The position numbers and the translations under genes were made by a program. Of a DNA stretch of 57,269 nucleotides, positions 1 to 12,002 are shown piece by piece. This DNA comes from Chlorokybus atmophyticus. Its lineage: Eukaryota > Plantae > Mesostigma and Chlorokybus algae. Under the pieces are notes generated by a model, which saw only the letters and a list, made by a program, of their open reading frames with translations, did no database searches and had not been told where the DNA came from. Positions within the stretch are counted from its first letter, which is position 1. Each line of letters opens with the position of its first letter. The DNA lies in the NCBI GenBank assembly GCA_009103225.1, contig RHPI01000777.1, positions 216,969-274,237 of the forward strand, read 5' to 3'.

Positions 1-390
1 TGCTGCGGCAGCAACAACACCATCATATCGAGGACGGCGAGGGGCAACAACGTACTACGGATGGCCATATCGTGTATGGGTTCCAACCACGGCCAATCCC
101 CAGAGGTCTGTTTAGACCGCATTCTCCGCGTTTGCTCCCACTTATTGCAAACTTTCGTCACCCACCTCGAGGCATGCCGCATGCGGTGATGCAGCGCGTC
201 TTGGGCGTACTGTAGGGTGATCAACTCCTTTGCACTACGAGTCAGCCCCCCGAAGCGTCTGCGCGTCGGTGCTTTGAGCTTAGGCAGCTCGTGCCGCACC
301 GGCTGTCTCTCTGGACGATGCTGAGCAGCTACTTGACACTGTAAACCCGCCTGTGCCTACTCAGGACACACAGTCAGCCCCAGTGAGGCT

Positions 391-1735
391 TCAAGGCGCT
401 GTGCTTCTTCTAATGTTGTAAAGATGCCTCACCTTTCCTTTTTTGGTCCTGTCAGCGTCCTTTGTTCCAACAACCTTCTTTTTTTTTTTGTCACCCTGCA
501 CATCCTGGCAGGCGCTCTCCGTGGCACTGTCACTCAAAGGAGGTAAGGCGTTATCTTTTTGCTCCACAGCCTTGCGCTTGTTGGTTGCCTCCCGTTCCTC
601 CACGACCTCATGTTGCTTCATGAGGTCGAGCATGAAGCCTTTGTCTTTCAGCGCAGCTTTCAGGACACCTCGATCAATCTCTTTACCAACAAGACAGGCT
701 GGGATCAATGTGGCAAGCTTAGAGGGAGAGGGCGAGCTACAGCTGCTTCTTGATGGAGATGCCTCCGGATGGTCAGAGTGCGGTGGCAAGTGAGTCTCCG
801 CGGCAGGAAGGGAGGGTGCTGAATTGGGATTGCGAGCATGTGGCTGTGGTTGAGGGGAGGCAGGATGTGCAGAACACTCGGCTACTTCTTGCCTAGCACA
901 CGAAGGCGAGGCCTGAGGCGTTGGCGCAGCACTCTGGGTCACAGCCGGTGGTAGCGGGGAATTGGCAACGCCATGCCGCCACTCTCCGATCAGGTGTGTT
1001 ACCTCCGGTGGCACTTCATGCATAGGCCACGACCACTGTTCGGTGCTTGCAGGCTTAAGGAGCCAAAAGTGTGCTTCTGGCTCATCAGGAGTAGTGTTGC
1101 CCACCACCAGGACTGAGTTGGGGGCTTCTTTATTTCCAACCCAAACTGCGCTGCCGGGCCGTGGCACCCACTCCCCATGCTCGCGCTGAACGGTCACGCA
1201 GCCAATCAACAAGCCCAGCTTGTTGGCAAACATGGTCATCTGCAGGTGCTCGACGTACACATCTTTTCTCCGCACGATCTGTCGCACCTTGGCCATGGCT
1301 AGGTCAATGTTGCAGTTGATAGCCAACATGGTCGCAGGCAGTTTGTCGTAATACTGCGCCATCTCTCCCGCGGCACCAGTGGCTCTGCAAAAGTCTAGGA
1401 TTCTGCTCGCCACGCCTGCATCGACAACCTTGGCGGTGATTTTGCGGAGAGTGTGCCCCCTGCCGTCGTCGTCCATGGTGTCCAGCATGGCCCAAAATCT
1501 GCTCGAGCTGGGGCACTTGTGATCATCCAGGACCCTTTGCGCTATGGATGGCCTGGCGCGAAATACACAATGGTAGAAGCAATTACCATCCGTTGGCGCA
1601 TTGAAGTGGTCCCATGAGGCGAGCTGGCCACCTAGCATGACTGATGGCCGTATGCGGGTTGTAGCCAGCTCTGATGACTCGCTGGCAGGTGGTGACCCCT
1701 GCTGCATGCGCATACAGCACTCACATGGTGTGTCT
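391..1735 (-). CDS. OTU-like cysteine protease domain; large internal exon of a spliced, transposon-borne gene
   Basis: Motif APTDGNCFYHCV (D-x-x-C, about 1570-1590) and downstream EAHFWLL (His). Flanked by acceptor CCACAG and donor AAAG|GTGAGG. Further exons at about 1770-2030, 2144-2400 and 2940-3350 (C-x2-C...H...C motif CPTC...HLHTESC). Confidence 0.65.
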
Positions 1736-3760
1736 AACTGTGGACGGCAAGAGTCACAGTGACTGATAAAGTACCTGAGTTTGAGGCAGACTGCCGGCTT
1801 CAACTTGCAGCGGGTGGGGTAAGGTAGGTGCAGAAGCCACATAGGTTGTTGCATTGTGCTGTGGTCTCCCGGGTGGCGGCAAGAAGGATTGTTGCCCCGC
1901 AATCACCGGTGCTGCTCGTGGAGGAGATGGCAGTGCACGAAGGACTGGTGCCGCGGAAGGTGGTTGCGCTCTGGCTGGGAGGGGAGCAGGAGCTGCAGGT
2001 GAGACCACTTGTGCATGCAGCAAGGGGGGCTGTATACAGGACCCAGGATAAGATGGCTCACAATGTTGCAAAGGACGAATATAAGCTTATGCAGTGCCTG
2101 ACGCATTGTTACCAAGGCACGAGCATAAAAGACAGCGACTTACCTCAATGGCCCGTGGGCTGCATGGAGCAGGGGAAGCCATGGGGGCTGACAAGGTGGT
2201 ATTGGCTGCACTCTCCCCGCCACCCTCGATGGCAGACTCGTCACGGAGCTCTTGAGCCATGGGCACATCATGCGCCACTGCCCCAATGGACATGTCGGGA
2301 TTCAACAGGCCAACATGCATGTTAAACTGATGCCGCATTGCCGCCGCGCCCATCAGCAAGTGGGATTGAAGGACCAGTTGATGGGATTGAATCCAGGCTT
2401 GCATAGGAGCTCCAACAGGACTTAGTGCACTGTGGTGCTGTCAACCAATCACATGTGGGTTAGCTGCATGCTTGCGACACTGCAATTGCAATAGTCAACT
2501 GCGTCACACCGTCATCAGTTGGTTGCTTCGAACAGTCACCTGCGGCATTGCTGGTTGATGCACGAATGATTGCATGGACTGCGTCATTGCTGGTTGATGC
2601 ACTATTGGTTGAATGCCGGACGAATGGCCACGCGCTCCTGTGCTCAAACCCAGCCTACTTCGTTCGGCACGCGCGCGCGACTTCGCACGCTCACGCACAT
2701 CCTAGCATGGAAAGGTAGGCATGCATTGGAGCCGACATTGCAGTCAACATGCACAGCGAGATTGGCAACAACATACCGCCGCCCAGCTCTGTCTATCTGC
2801 TCTTGCTTCCGCAATGTCGGCTTGACTGTAGGGTGGGTATGGGTGAATAGTGGAGGCCTGCAGCCACGCTACATATATCACATGGACTGCGCTAAAAAAC
2901 AAATTGCTCTTGCAAGGAAATGCATGTGACTGTTGAGCGTACCTCTGCATTCCTTTGTGCTTGTTCCCACAGCCGCAACTGGTCCCGCATGGTTCTGACA
3001 AGGGGCTCCAAGGACTGCAGCTCCTGATCCACTCCCTGTTGCAGAAAGCGAGCCACCAAGCAGCTCTCTGTGTGAAGATGGTCTTTAATGGCTTGCCTGC
3101 TGGTTTGTCCAATGTTGGTGATGCATGTTGGACAGCCCCATTGCTGACGCCTGCCATGATCCATGACGTGGCGACCGGTAGTAGCTGGCTTCGCTGCTTG
3201 AACTCTTACGACCACAACTTCTCGCAAGATGTGCCACGCCGCCGCCGCCGCCGCCGCCTCCTCCGACTCCTGGTCCTCCGCCTCCTAGTCGAACCCAGGC
3301 CCATCAAGCCTGACATTCGACCCGTCATCGACCTGGTGCCCCTGCGTGCCATCATCCGGCCATCAATGAAGCGTGTTTGGGTGAGTGCATGCTAACTCCC
3401 ATTTGGGCTGATCGAGCAATGCCTCTGTCGTACCATGGATGGTACGACAGAGCCATTGTACGGCAATCGCTGGGGTTGGACGAGAGATGCCTCTGTCGTA
3501 CCATAAATGTTACGACACAACCATTGGTAACAATGGTTGTACGAAGCATGCATGGCACGAATGCATAAGTCGTACCATCAACCATAGGAGCAAGGACGCA
3601 CTACAAGTGCGACTCTAGTGCGGGACTCTAGACGTTCAAAACCGCCTCATTTTCGTTTTCGCGCCTCATACATTCGGGCGGGCCAACCGGCGGCGGCAGC
3701 GTTGGAGGCGGCAGCGCCACTTACAGCTAAACAGGCGGCACCCGACTATCAGTTGGAGAG

Positions 3761-5588
3761 ATGCCTCGTGGTCCATCCGTAAGTGCACCTCGTCGTGGAG
3801 GTCGGCGCCAGTTGTCCACATTGCCCCCAGTGTTCAACCAGGCAACCGTCGCCAACCAATCGCAGCAAGACCCCGCGCTAACGCCCAGCACATCACAACA
3901 ACTCCACCTGACACCGCAGTCGCAAGGGCAAGCTAGACTGCATGCGTTCTTGATGCACTGTGCACGTTGCTTCTTGCTCAACTTCTAACTTGGATGCTTG
4001 CTTCTATCATGACTAGCACAGTGACTCACTGCATGCGTTCTGGATACACTGTGCACGTTGTTCTTCTTTTGCAACTGTGAGGGTTGCATCTTTCATGGCT
4101 GGCAGCATGACTCATGTGGTTGTGCTTGCAGAGGGTCGATTGGAACCCCCAACCCAAACGCATTTGGCCGTGACGTGGCAACCTCGGCCATCAGCAACCC
4201 TTCCCCAAGCAAGTGGAAGATTGGCAACGAGGTAAGCACTGTGTGACACTGTGACACTGTGTGTATGTGTGTAACGGATTGTTCTTCTGTGGACAGCATT
4301 TGCGAGATGCCGTTGTTGAAATCATAAACGGCCACTGGGTAGAGAGCCACGTTTATCTCAAGGAGGACACTATTCGTAACGTCATGTGTCAGGTGCTGTG
4401 AATGCTTCATGACTGCACTGCACCGTGACACTGACCAACCTGCCCGTGACAGGTAGTTGGCTTCGACCATGACGATGAGGCCGATGCGGCCAAGTTCTAT
4501 GAGGTGTACTGGACTCCCAAAGAGTGCCCCTTCCACTGGAGTGTTGCCCTGAAGAAAGCTACGCAGGTTCGGTCTGAGAACGTCACCAAGATCAAGCATG
4601 TCCTTGAGAAGGAGTACAAGTGGACACTGTTTAACAGCAACAAGCGCAAGTGAGTTGGGTCCCTCACCACCATGTCTGCTATGCAACACTGCCTTCTTAC
4701 TCAGCCTCCATACACACGTACTCATCTCGCCTATTGTAACCGATTCAATCAGGCACATCGACGCCCTAATGGACCCCGAGACCCAAAAAGCCCAGATGCG
4801 CAACGCGCTCTAAAGTAAGTCACATGCACTATTCTAGCCTGGTGCAGGCTCAACATGAACTATCTATTTCGTGACTAATGCCTTGTCGGTATGACTGTCG
4901 CAGACAAGTCATGGCGGAGATTTGAGGTGACCGACACTGCAGACCCGGAGCGGAGGAGATACATCCATGAATGGGGCAATCCCATAATCTGGCAAATGAT
5001 CGTGCAATGCTGGTCTTACGCCGTCACTACACCTGGTCGCCGGCAGCTGACAGTCAACCACCTCGCATACCTGTTGCTTACGGTGAGCACTCTGAACTCC
5101 ATCATTAGCAATTCAGGAATGCTGTAGCCCCAAACTACAGGCTTGCAGACGCGTTGCAGTGAATAGTGGCTTTCGATGCCACTAAGACATGCCTGTAAAC
5201 TACGCAGGTGGAGCGCATCCTAAAGGGCAAGGATGGAGACCCTCTCCTAGCTGCCAGCATAGACACACATGAAGAGTACCTCAGCGAAATCAACACCATG
5301 ATCATGTCAATGAAGCGGGAGATGAGGCAACGGTACGCAGCCCTCCAGCCATTCACCCTTGTGAAACGCCGCACTGCATCTTGTGTTGAATACCTGAAAG
5401 ATCCCAATCGGCGCCGGCCGCAAGAGACAGCAGCTCGTGACCCGCTCGCTGAGGCAGAAGCGGCATTTGATTGGCTGGCACAACCGTTTGAGGAGGAAGA
5501 GCAAGCTCCGGCGTCTCCTCCACAGGCCCCAGCGCGTGGTGCTTCGTTCCGTAATGACGAGACCAGCGATGATGGAGAGGAGCTGTAG
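3761..5588 (+). pseudogene. Seven-exon orphan gene inside the repeat; premature TAA at 4811-4813 in this copy
   Basis: Hand splicing keeps one frame through every junction (GG|GCAAGC, GAG|GTAAGC, CAG|GTGCTG, AA|GTGAGT, A|GTAAGT, ACG|GTGAGC). Product reads ...GSIGTPNP...HLRDAVVEII...FYEVYWTPKECPFHW...EWGNPIIWQMIVQCW...VERILKG...DDGEEL*. Confidence 0.65.
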
Positions 5589-5980
5589 CGCAGTTGGTAG
5601 TCCGTTTAGCTGGTAGTGTACATAGCTACAAGGCTCATGTGAGTGTTGTGCATCTTAAACCAGCTCAGTCAATCGTCATTATGCTCATGCACATCAATAC
5701 TTGCATCCCCGTGATATACAACAGAACTGCATTCGAGTCACATAATCGAACTACAAGCCATGGCAGGTGACCGAGAGACACTGTACACACTCCAGGTACA
5801 TGTACACAGCACAGGCACATAACAATGCTGGAAGTCAGTGACAGTCGCGTGTAGTCAAGCTATGCAAATACATATGACGACAGTTAGGCATTGGTCACCT
5901 TCAGATGTTAAAAAACGCCTTATTTTGTCGATTAATACCTAGTTGGTGCTTGTGAATTAGGCTTAGTCGCTTGCGCTGGA

Positions 5981-6260
5981 CTGGTGTGTAACCTGCAGGT
6001 GCCTGTCACATAGGCTGAGTCACCTAAGTAAGACTGATGTGTAACTTACAGGTGCCCGTTGATTACTTGTAGTCACTTAATAAGGCCTGATGTGTAACTA
6101 ACAGTTGCCTGTAAATTACACAAAGTCATTTGTTAAGGCCTGGTGTGTGTCTAACAGGTGCCTGTTAATTATATAAAGTCACCTGTTAAGGCCTAATAGG
6201 TAACTATTAGGCGCCTGTTAGTTAGGCATAGTCAACTGTTAAAGACTAAATTGTAACAAA
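5981..6260. repeat. 53-bp subterminal tandem repeat, about 5 degenerate units
   Basis: Units CT(G/A)(G/A)TGTGTAAC..CAGGTGCC...AGTCA.C...TAAG start at 5981, 6034, 6087, 6140 and about 6193. Confidence 0.85.
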
Positions 6261-7934
6261 AAGGGCCTTACAGTAACGAAAGTTACTAATAGGTCCCTGT
6301 ATCAAGATTACAGGTGGCCTGAGCCACGACAGTCTAAATTAGCGTCCTCAGGTGCACGGCCGTTGCCAATATTTAGTCGGCCGGCAGGGAAAACATATTG
6401 CGACGAAAGTGTACGGGTGTGCACGTGCAATACCTTGTCAGAGTGCCTCTCAATGAGAACTTGGCCCCTGTCGGTGCTTCGTGCTTGGTGAAGCCCGCGC
6501 CGCTCGCACAGGCACTGGATGGCAAGAATGAGAAACTACAACAGCCAGCGCATGATCAACCAGGCACGAACACGAATGTTGGCCATTACTGGCAACAAGC
6601 CCTTAAGCTCGTCCAATCAAGCTGCCCTTGCGTGAAGTGACAGAGGCAACATGAGCCATGAGCGCGGCCGCCCAGACGGAAAGCCCTGCAGCAAGCAGCC
6701 CTTCCCGGAACCCATTGGCAACCAACTGCTTGTTACTTGGCAAACAGTCACAACCAGCTAGTTGCCAAGTAGCAAGGTTGTTACTTGGCAACTAGTTAAC
6801 ACAAAGCGTGCAAAACTTGGGAGTCACCATGGAGCTGAGGAATGCTCGTTTCAAAGCCTCAATTGTGACACACACCACACATGGACCTCACATGGTTATA
6901 ACGCCTTCAACATCCAAGGCGTCACTTGCAGGCATATGTGACGCATGCATACTAGCTACCGTAGCTAAAGTTTGATGATAGATTAGGTTCATCATAGAAC
7001 TTTGTGAGTCTTTGTTGCGGCGTGTGCATACGCAAGATGTCTTGGCATTTATGTTCACACAATTAGCGAGGCAGTGACCTCATTGAATGAGCGTGAGATT
7101 CCAATCAGACGCCCATCCGTGGACGCCAAAAAGATGAACCCGTCAATTAGGATCATATATCAGGTGTAGGAAACACTTCCGAGCGGAAGGGTCTTTCGCT
7201 TAGGATGATGGCAAGCACCAACGCCTACTAATGCAGGAGCAATGCACGGTTGTTGGAGGCTGTTACGAATGTGCTGTTGAGTTCAAGAACCGCGTGGGGC
7301 CACGGCATCTGTACGTGCATTTTCGAGCTGCCATGTCTTGAGGTCAGGTCTGAGATGGCGTTTGAGGGGTATCATTGAGTATCACTGTGGCACACCAAAA
7401 TAGACCATGTCGCTGTCGGTTGAAAACGTGTTGAGGTTTGCAGAAGGTGCGGTAATTTTTAGTACAAACTCTATCAAGCGTTTGCCTTAAACCCTCGGTT
7501 GGCCACAAAAGTTGTAAAACACGTACACGAGATGCAGTACACCGTCCAATTGTTGAAACCTTTTGTTTTCAGCAATGGAATTGGATTGCTTGCATTGCCC
7601 TAAATGCTGTGATGTTCACCCTCAGAACACCATCAGATGTTGACACTGTAAAAAGTCTACTAGTGGATATTATTTATTTTGCATGCTCATGCGCACGTGC
7701 ACTCACAGCAACTTGGCTCAAGTTGCACATTGAATGCTTTCAACTGTTCAAATGTGCAGATTGAAAGCCATGCAACAACCACAGCCTCGGTGGATTCATT
7801 TGCAAATCGTACAATCACCACGACATGCAATCAGTTGGTCAAAGTCACTTCAACACTAACAACCAGCTTGCAACATAAATGACCTGTACATAGAGTTACA
7901 TGCACGACACATTAACCTATCTAGTTTGCCGTAA

Positions 7935-9706
7935 TCATGAAGCCGCTCGGTTGTTGGAGACAGCTGCGCGTAGAGAGGTCAGCCAAGTTGCGTAGCTGCC
8001 ACCAGCTTGCTGCTGCTGCTGCTGCTGCTGCTGCTTCTCTCCTGCTTCTCTCCAGTCATTCTTTGCAAGAGCCGCGAGCACACGCGCAGCCTTCTCGTGC
8101 TCCGAGTCCCTCCTACCACTCGCACCTACAAAGCCAAGTGCCAGGTTTGAATACTCCGTAACACATCCAACACTCACATGCCATTTATGTACATTCTTTC
8201 AAACTCACCCTCCTTGTCGCGGTTGTCCATTGTCTCACTCACAGGAGTGCCTAAGACAGGTGCTGTGCTAGACTTTCCCGCTCTGGTATGGGTGCCAACA
8301 TCGCCGCTTTCAGCTTGATGTGGCCCTAGCTCAAGCGCAGCAGCATTTGGCACAGCCTCCGTGTTCGCATGAGCCAAAGGTTGCAGCGCATACCTGCACA
8401 GAGTTGAATGCACATCACATATGAGCACAAACAGAACCGTCAACTGTGCGTGTGTGCCTGTATGTGTTATACAACACAACAAGCGGTGTGTAGCGGGTTG
8501 TGTTACCATCTGCCTGTGCCTTCACCGGTTGGAGTGGGCAGGCAAACAGCAGCCACGTGGCCGTCATGAGCGACAGCATAAGTCAGCCGGCCCCGCGCAA
8601 CCTGTTTAACAGGGACAGCGAGTGTTGGCAGGTGTCTTCTATAACGAGTTGACCAGTGAGTGATGAACAGCTATTGTTAAACTGACTTGCTGAGGTGGTG
8701 GCGGAGGCTGAGGCACGGGTGGCGCCAACTGTAGCAATCCGGCTGCTCTGTTCCACTGCTCCAATGCTTTGTCTGCGCATGCAAGCACACCACAACATTT
8801 TTGTGACTGTGTGCATGTGCTGCTCGCATGTTGCAAGACCCTCAACTATGCAGCCATGCATGGCATGTGAGCTCTGAAAAGTACTATATGTGTGCATGCG
8901 TATACATGTACAACACACAGACTCACCTCTACGGTGCGCGTTCATATGTCCGCCAAGGGCACGGGAATCTCCGAACCCGCGCCCGCAGAAGCGGCACTCG
9001 TAGATGCAGCTGGCATGTGTGCCCACACCGCTGGCTCCAACCCAAATTTTGGCTGCATCTCCACCCACACCAACCTCGATGCCCACATCGCCGGGATGAG
9101 ACTCCGTCGGCATCGCGTTCAAGTCCAACACCGCCTGACACGTGACGCACACATGTGTGGTCACAAACACAAGCACGTGCGGCGCGCCCGCGCCCACATG
9201 CGCCCACAGAATACAAGTGTTGTTGATACCTCTGCATGTACAACATGGTTGCCTCTAAGGGTTTCAAAGGTGAGTCTCCTGCGGACGCCTGTAACATCTG
9301 AAGGCAAAGCACCTGCAGCGTGCATTGGCAGCGCGCGGTGCGGGTTCAAGTCGTTGTCGAGTTCCGGCAAAGGGGCCTTGCGCTTGCCGTTGCTGTGGCT
9401 GTTGCTGTTGTGGGTGTTGCGATGGTTGTCGTGATTGTTGTTGTGGTGGTTGTTGGCCCGAGTGCGGGGCCGGCTGCGTCGCCGGCTCCGGCAGCTGAGC
9501 GACAAGTTGTTGTTGTCGCTCTGACCTGGCACACAAGCAGCGATACACATGCACACTTCATCAGCAATAACACTAGTTACCACAATCAATGCCAACCTAC
9601 AAACAGCACTGCTCAGATGGTAGGAAATCATCTGCAGTGCATCCTTACCTGATAATGCGTCTGGTGGCGGGTTCATCTGTGGGCTCCCTGTGGCTCCTAC
9701 TGACAT
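7935..9706 (-). CDS. Single C2H2 zinc-finger transcription factor of plant QALGGH type with EAR motif; JAGGED/NUBBIN-like layout; multi-exon
   Basis: VLDLNAMP (DLNxxP EAR) precedes IYECRFCGRGFGDSRALGGHMNAHRR (about 8930-9005). An intron donor G|GTGAGT follows the finger, the next exon is Pro-rich (PPVPQPPPPPQQ) and the last exon has poly-Q. Start and some junctions are approximate. Confidence 0.75.
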
Positions 9707-12002
9707 GCGTCGTATGTGCTGCAAACACACAACTGTTCACATCAGCATACAGTCTATTCCAAGTGCTTTTGTAAGTGCGCAATCAACCAATTGTTGCAGA
9801 AACTGTTGCAAAAACGCTCAGCATTGTTCACAAAGCCCAATGCAGGAAAATACGCACAGGAAGTGCATGCATGCAGGGCAGCCTGGCATGCATACCATAC
9901 CATCATGATGACGCATCGGATTCGTCATGCACAATTGCATGCATAGGGTTGAGGCCCTATTCACGCCCTTACAGCTACAGCTGACTTGTGTTTCTGAGCC
10001 TGAGTAGCACTGCCGCCGTTGAAAGTGAAATTTTGGTGCTACTGTGGTACTAATCAACCCAATATGCATGCTTGGCTTTGCCGTCTGCAGGGCAGTCTGT
10101 GCTCAACGACAGCTAAACCATATGGCCGAGCTGGGCTTGAATGGGTCTACAACTCATTCGCACAGAATAGCACCTGCATGCATCCATGCATGCAGGAAGT
10201 TTGGCCAGCTGTAGACATTCACAGGCATGCAATTAGTCCACAGTCAATGTGCGTTGGCATGTTGAAGCAAGCAGCATTACCTCGCCTCCAAGCTTCAGGC
10301 CGCAGAAGCTCTTAGCGATTGATGACGGCAACAACCTTGCAGCTCACACAGCGGCAAGCGCAGCTCTGATTGAAGGAGAAGTTGGCGCTGAGGGAATTCT
10401 GCACTTGCAAGCAGCTTGCGCCAGACGAGTGCTGCAGACTGTGTGAGACACAGTGAGAGGGAGTGAAGGGCGGAATGAACCTCACCTTGAGCCTGCTTTG
10501 CTTCACGCAGTCCCTGTGTGCAGATTCACTGGGCTTTGTGTGTGCGAGTGAGAGTGTGTTTGCGCCCAACAGCAGCACTTCTGCGTTGCGCTGCACCTCG
10601 AAGCCCTGCGCACTTCAACTCAGGGGCAGGCAGCTTTTTTCAGACTTGTCAAGCATACGGTGCCCAAACTGCGTGAATCACTGACACAGTGATTCACTGA
10701 CTCACTGCTTCACTCATTCATTCAGTGAGTGCATAGGAGTGGCACAGTCCACAGTCAGATGACACAGCCCCTGAGCTGAGAGCACATCAATCTTAGTTTT
10801 GCCAGTCTACGGAGTACTGTACTGCACAGGGCTAACTTTTTGGTGTGCGGCAAAGGCATGAAAAGCTCACCTGATTGCATGATTATCCCCACACATATGG
10901 CACGTTAGCTGGTGGTGTGGCCGGGAATGTTGTCTGGGCTCAGTTGATGTGGCATGAGTATACAGTGTAGTATACGAAGGGGCCAACTGACAGAGCCGTC
11001 GACAGAAACAGCGTCACACTCTTTGCGTACGTGTTTGTGTCCTGTGCCCATGCGTACTGCACTGACAGTTGCTGTCACCTCTTACGGGGCTCAGGACCTG
11101 AGAGCCTTAATGCCACAGACTATGTTGATGGGGATGACGTCGTTCTCAACGTATTGCTGACACTTCATGCTTGGACCTTCATGACCACCTTGGAGGTTGC
11201 AGACTCTCGCAATGCAGAGACGACTGGAAAAAGTATTGAGGGGAACATCTATGTATTGAGTTTTGCTGTTATGGTGCCTAGCGCTTTACACATGCATGGA
11301 GAATGCTTTCTAAAGAGTATATGTCAATGACCAACATTCAATAAGAATTATTTTATTTATTTTCATTGCGCAATGTGCGTTATGCGTACCCTGATGCACG
11401 TCGACGAATCAAGATTTTTCGTTACAACATGCACCAACTTGTATAAGTTTACAAAAAAGTTGATCTCATATTAATCAAATTAGATCATTGATGCAATGTG
11501 TCTTATCTACAGTTGATGTTGCAAGCATGCCATAACTAGCTACTATAAATTAACATGTAGGTCAATTATGCAAGAGATTTTAATACCATAATAGAAGTTT
11601 AGTAATATAATTTATGCGCGTATATCTTTTGATCAAAATTATATGCAATTACTCTTTTAATTAATATTGCGAGTAAAAGCCATGTGTTAAACATTTGTTA
11701 AACAGTTCATTTAGAACCATTTAATAACAATGGCTTGTGCAACGTTTACCAATGCACACGTCAACGTCAGCGAATTGCTACAACCTGGTTATTAATGAAC
11801 TTGATCAGCACAGTGTGTGAGTTCAACTCGCACGCATTTGCCATGCATGTCTTGCACTTTTCGTGCACCTGCGCGTTACGCTAACCTGCAACATGCTGGC
11901 TTTGCGTAACACAAGTACGTAATTGAGCCGTTGTGTATGCCAACCATCTAGAAGCGGCGCAGGCGGCGGCGGCGCAGGAGGTGGCGGGGGACGCAGCTGT
12001 CA

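Larger units (their letters stand above)
1..6407. mobile_element. Large dispersed repeat, copy 1 (left end outside window); probable DNA transposon, Academ-like
   Basis: Near-identical (by eye about 97-98%) to 47486-53914. Identity stops abruptly after ...GGGAAAACATATTGCGACGAA. Contains an OTU ORF, a divergent spliced gene and subterminal tandem repeats. Confidence 0.75.

Noticed and set aside
391-1902. Helitron/Helentron identity for the duplicated unit, since these can carry OTU domains
   Set aside because: No Rep or helicase motifs anywhere in the window, and the shared end is not CTRR.
5981-6260. Regularly spaced repeats resembling a CRISPR array
   Set aside because: Whole 53-bp units are homologous with no unique spacers, the context is eukaryotic and there are no cas genes.
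10019-11330. Short ORFs and possible minus-strand splice donors (about 10283, 10487, 10870)
   Set aside because: No recognisable protein; they may be 5' UTR exons of the zinc-finger gene but cannot be supported.
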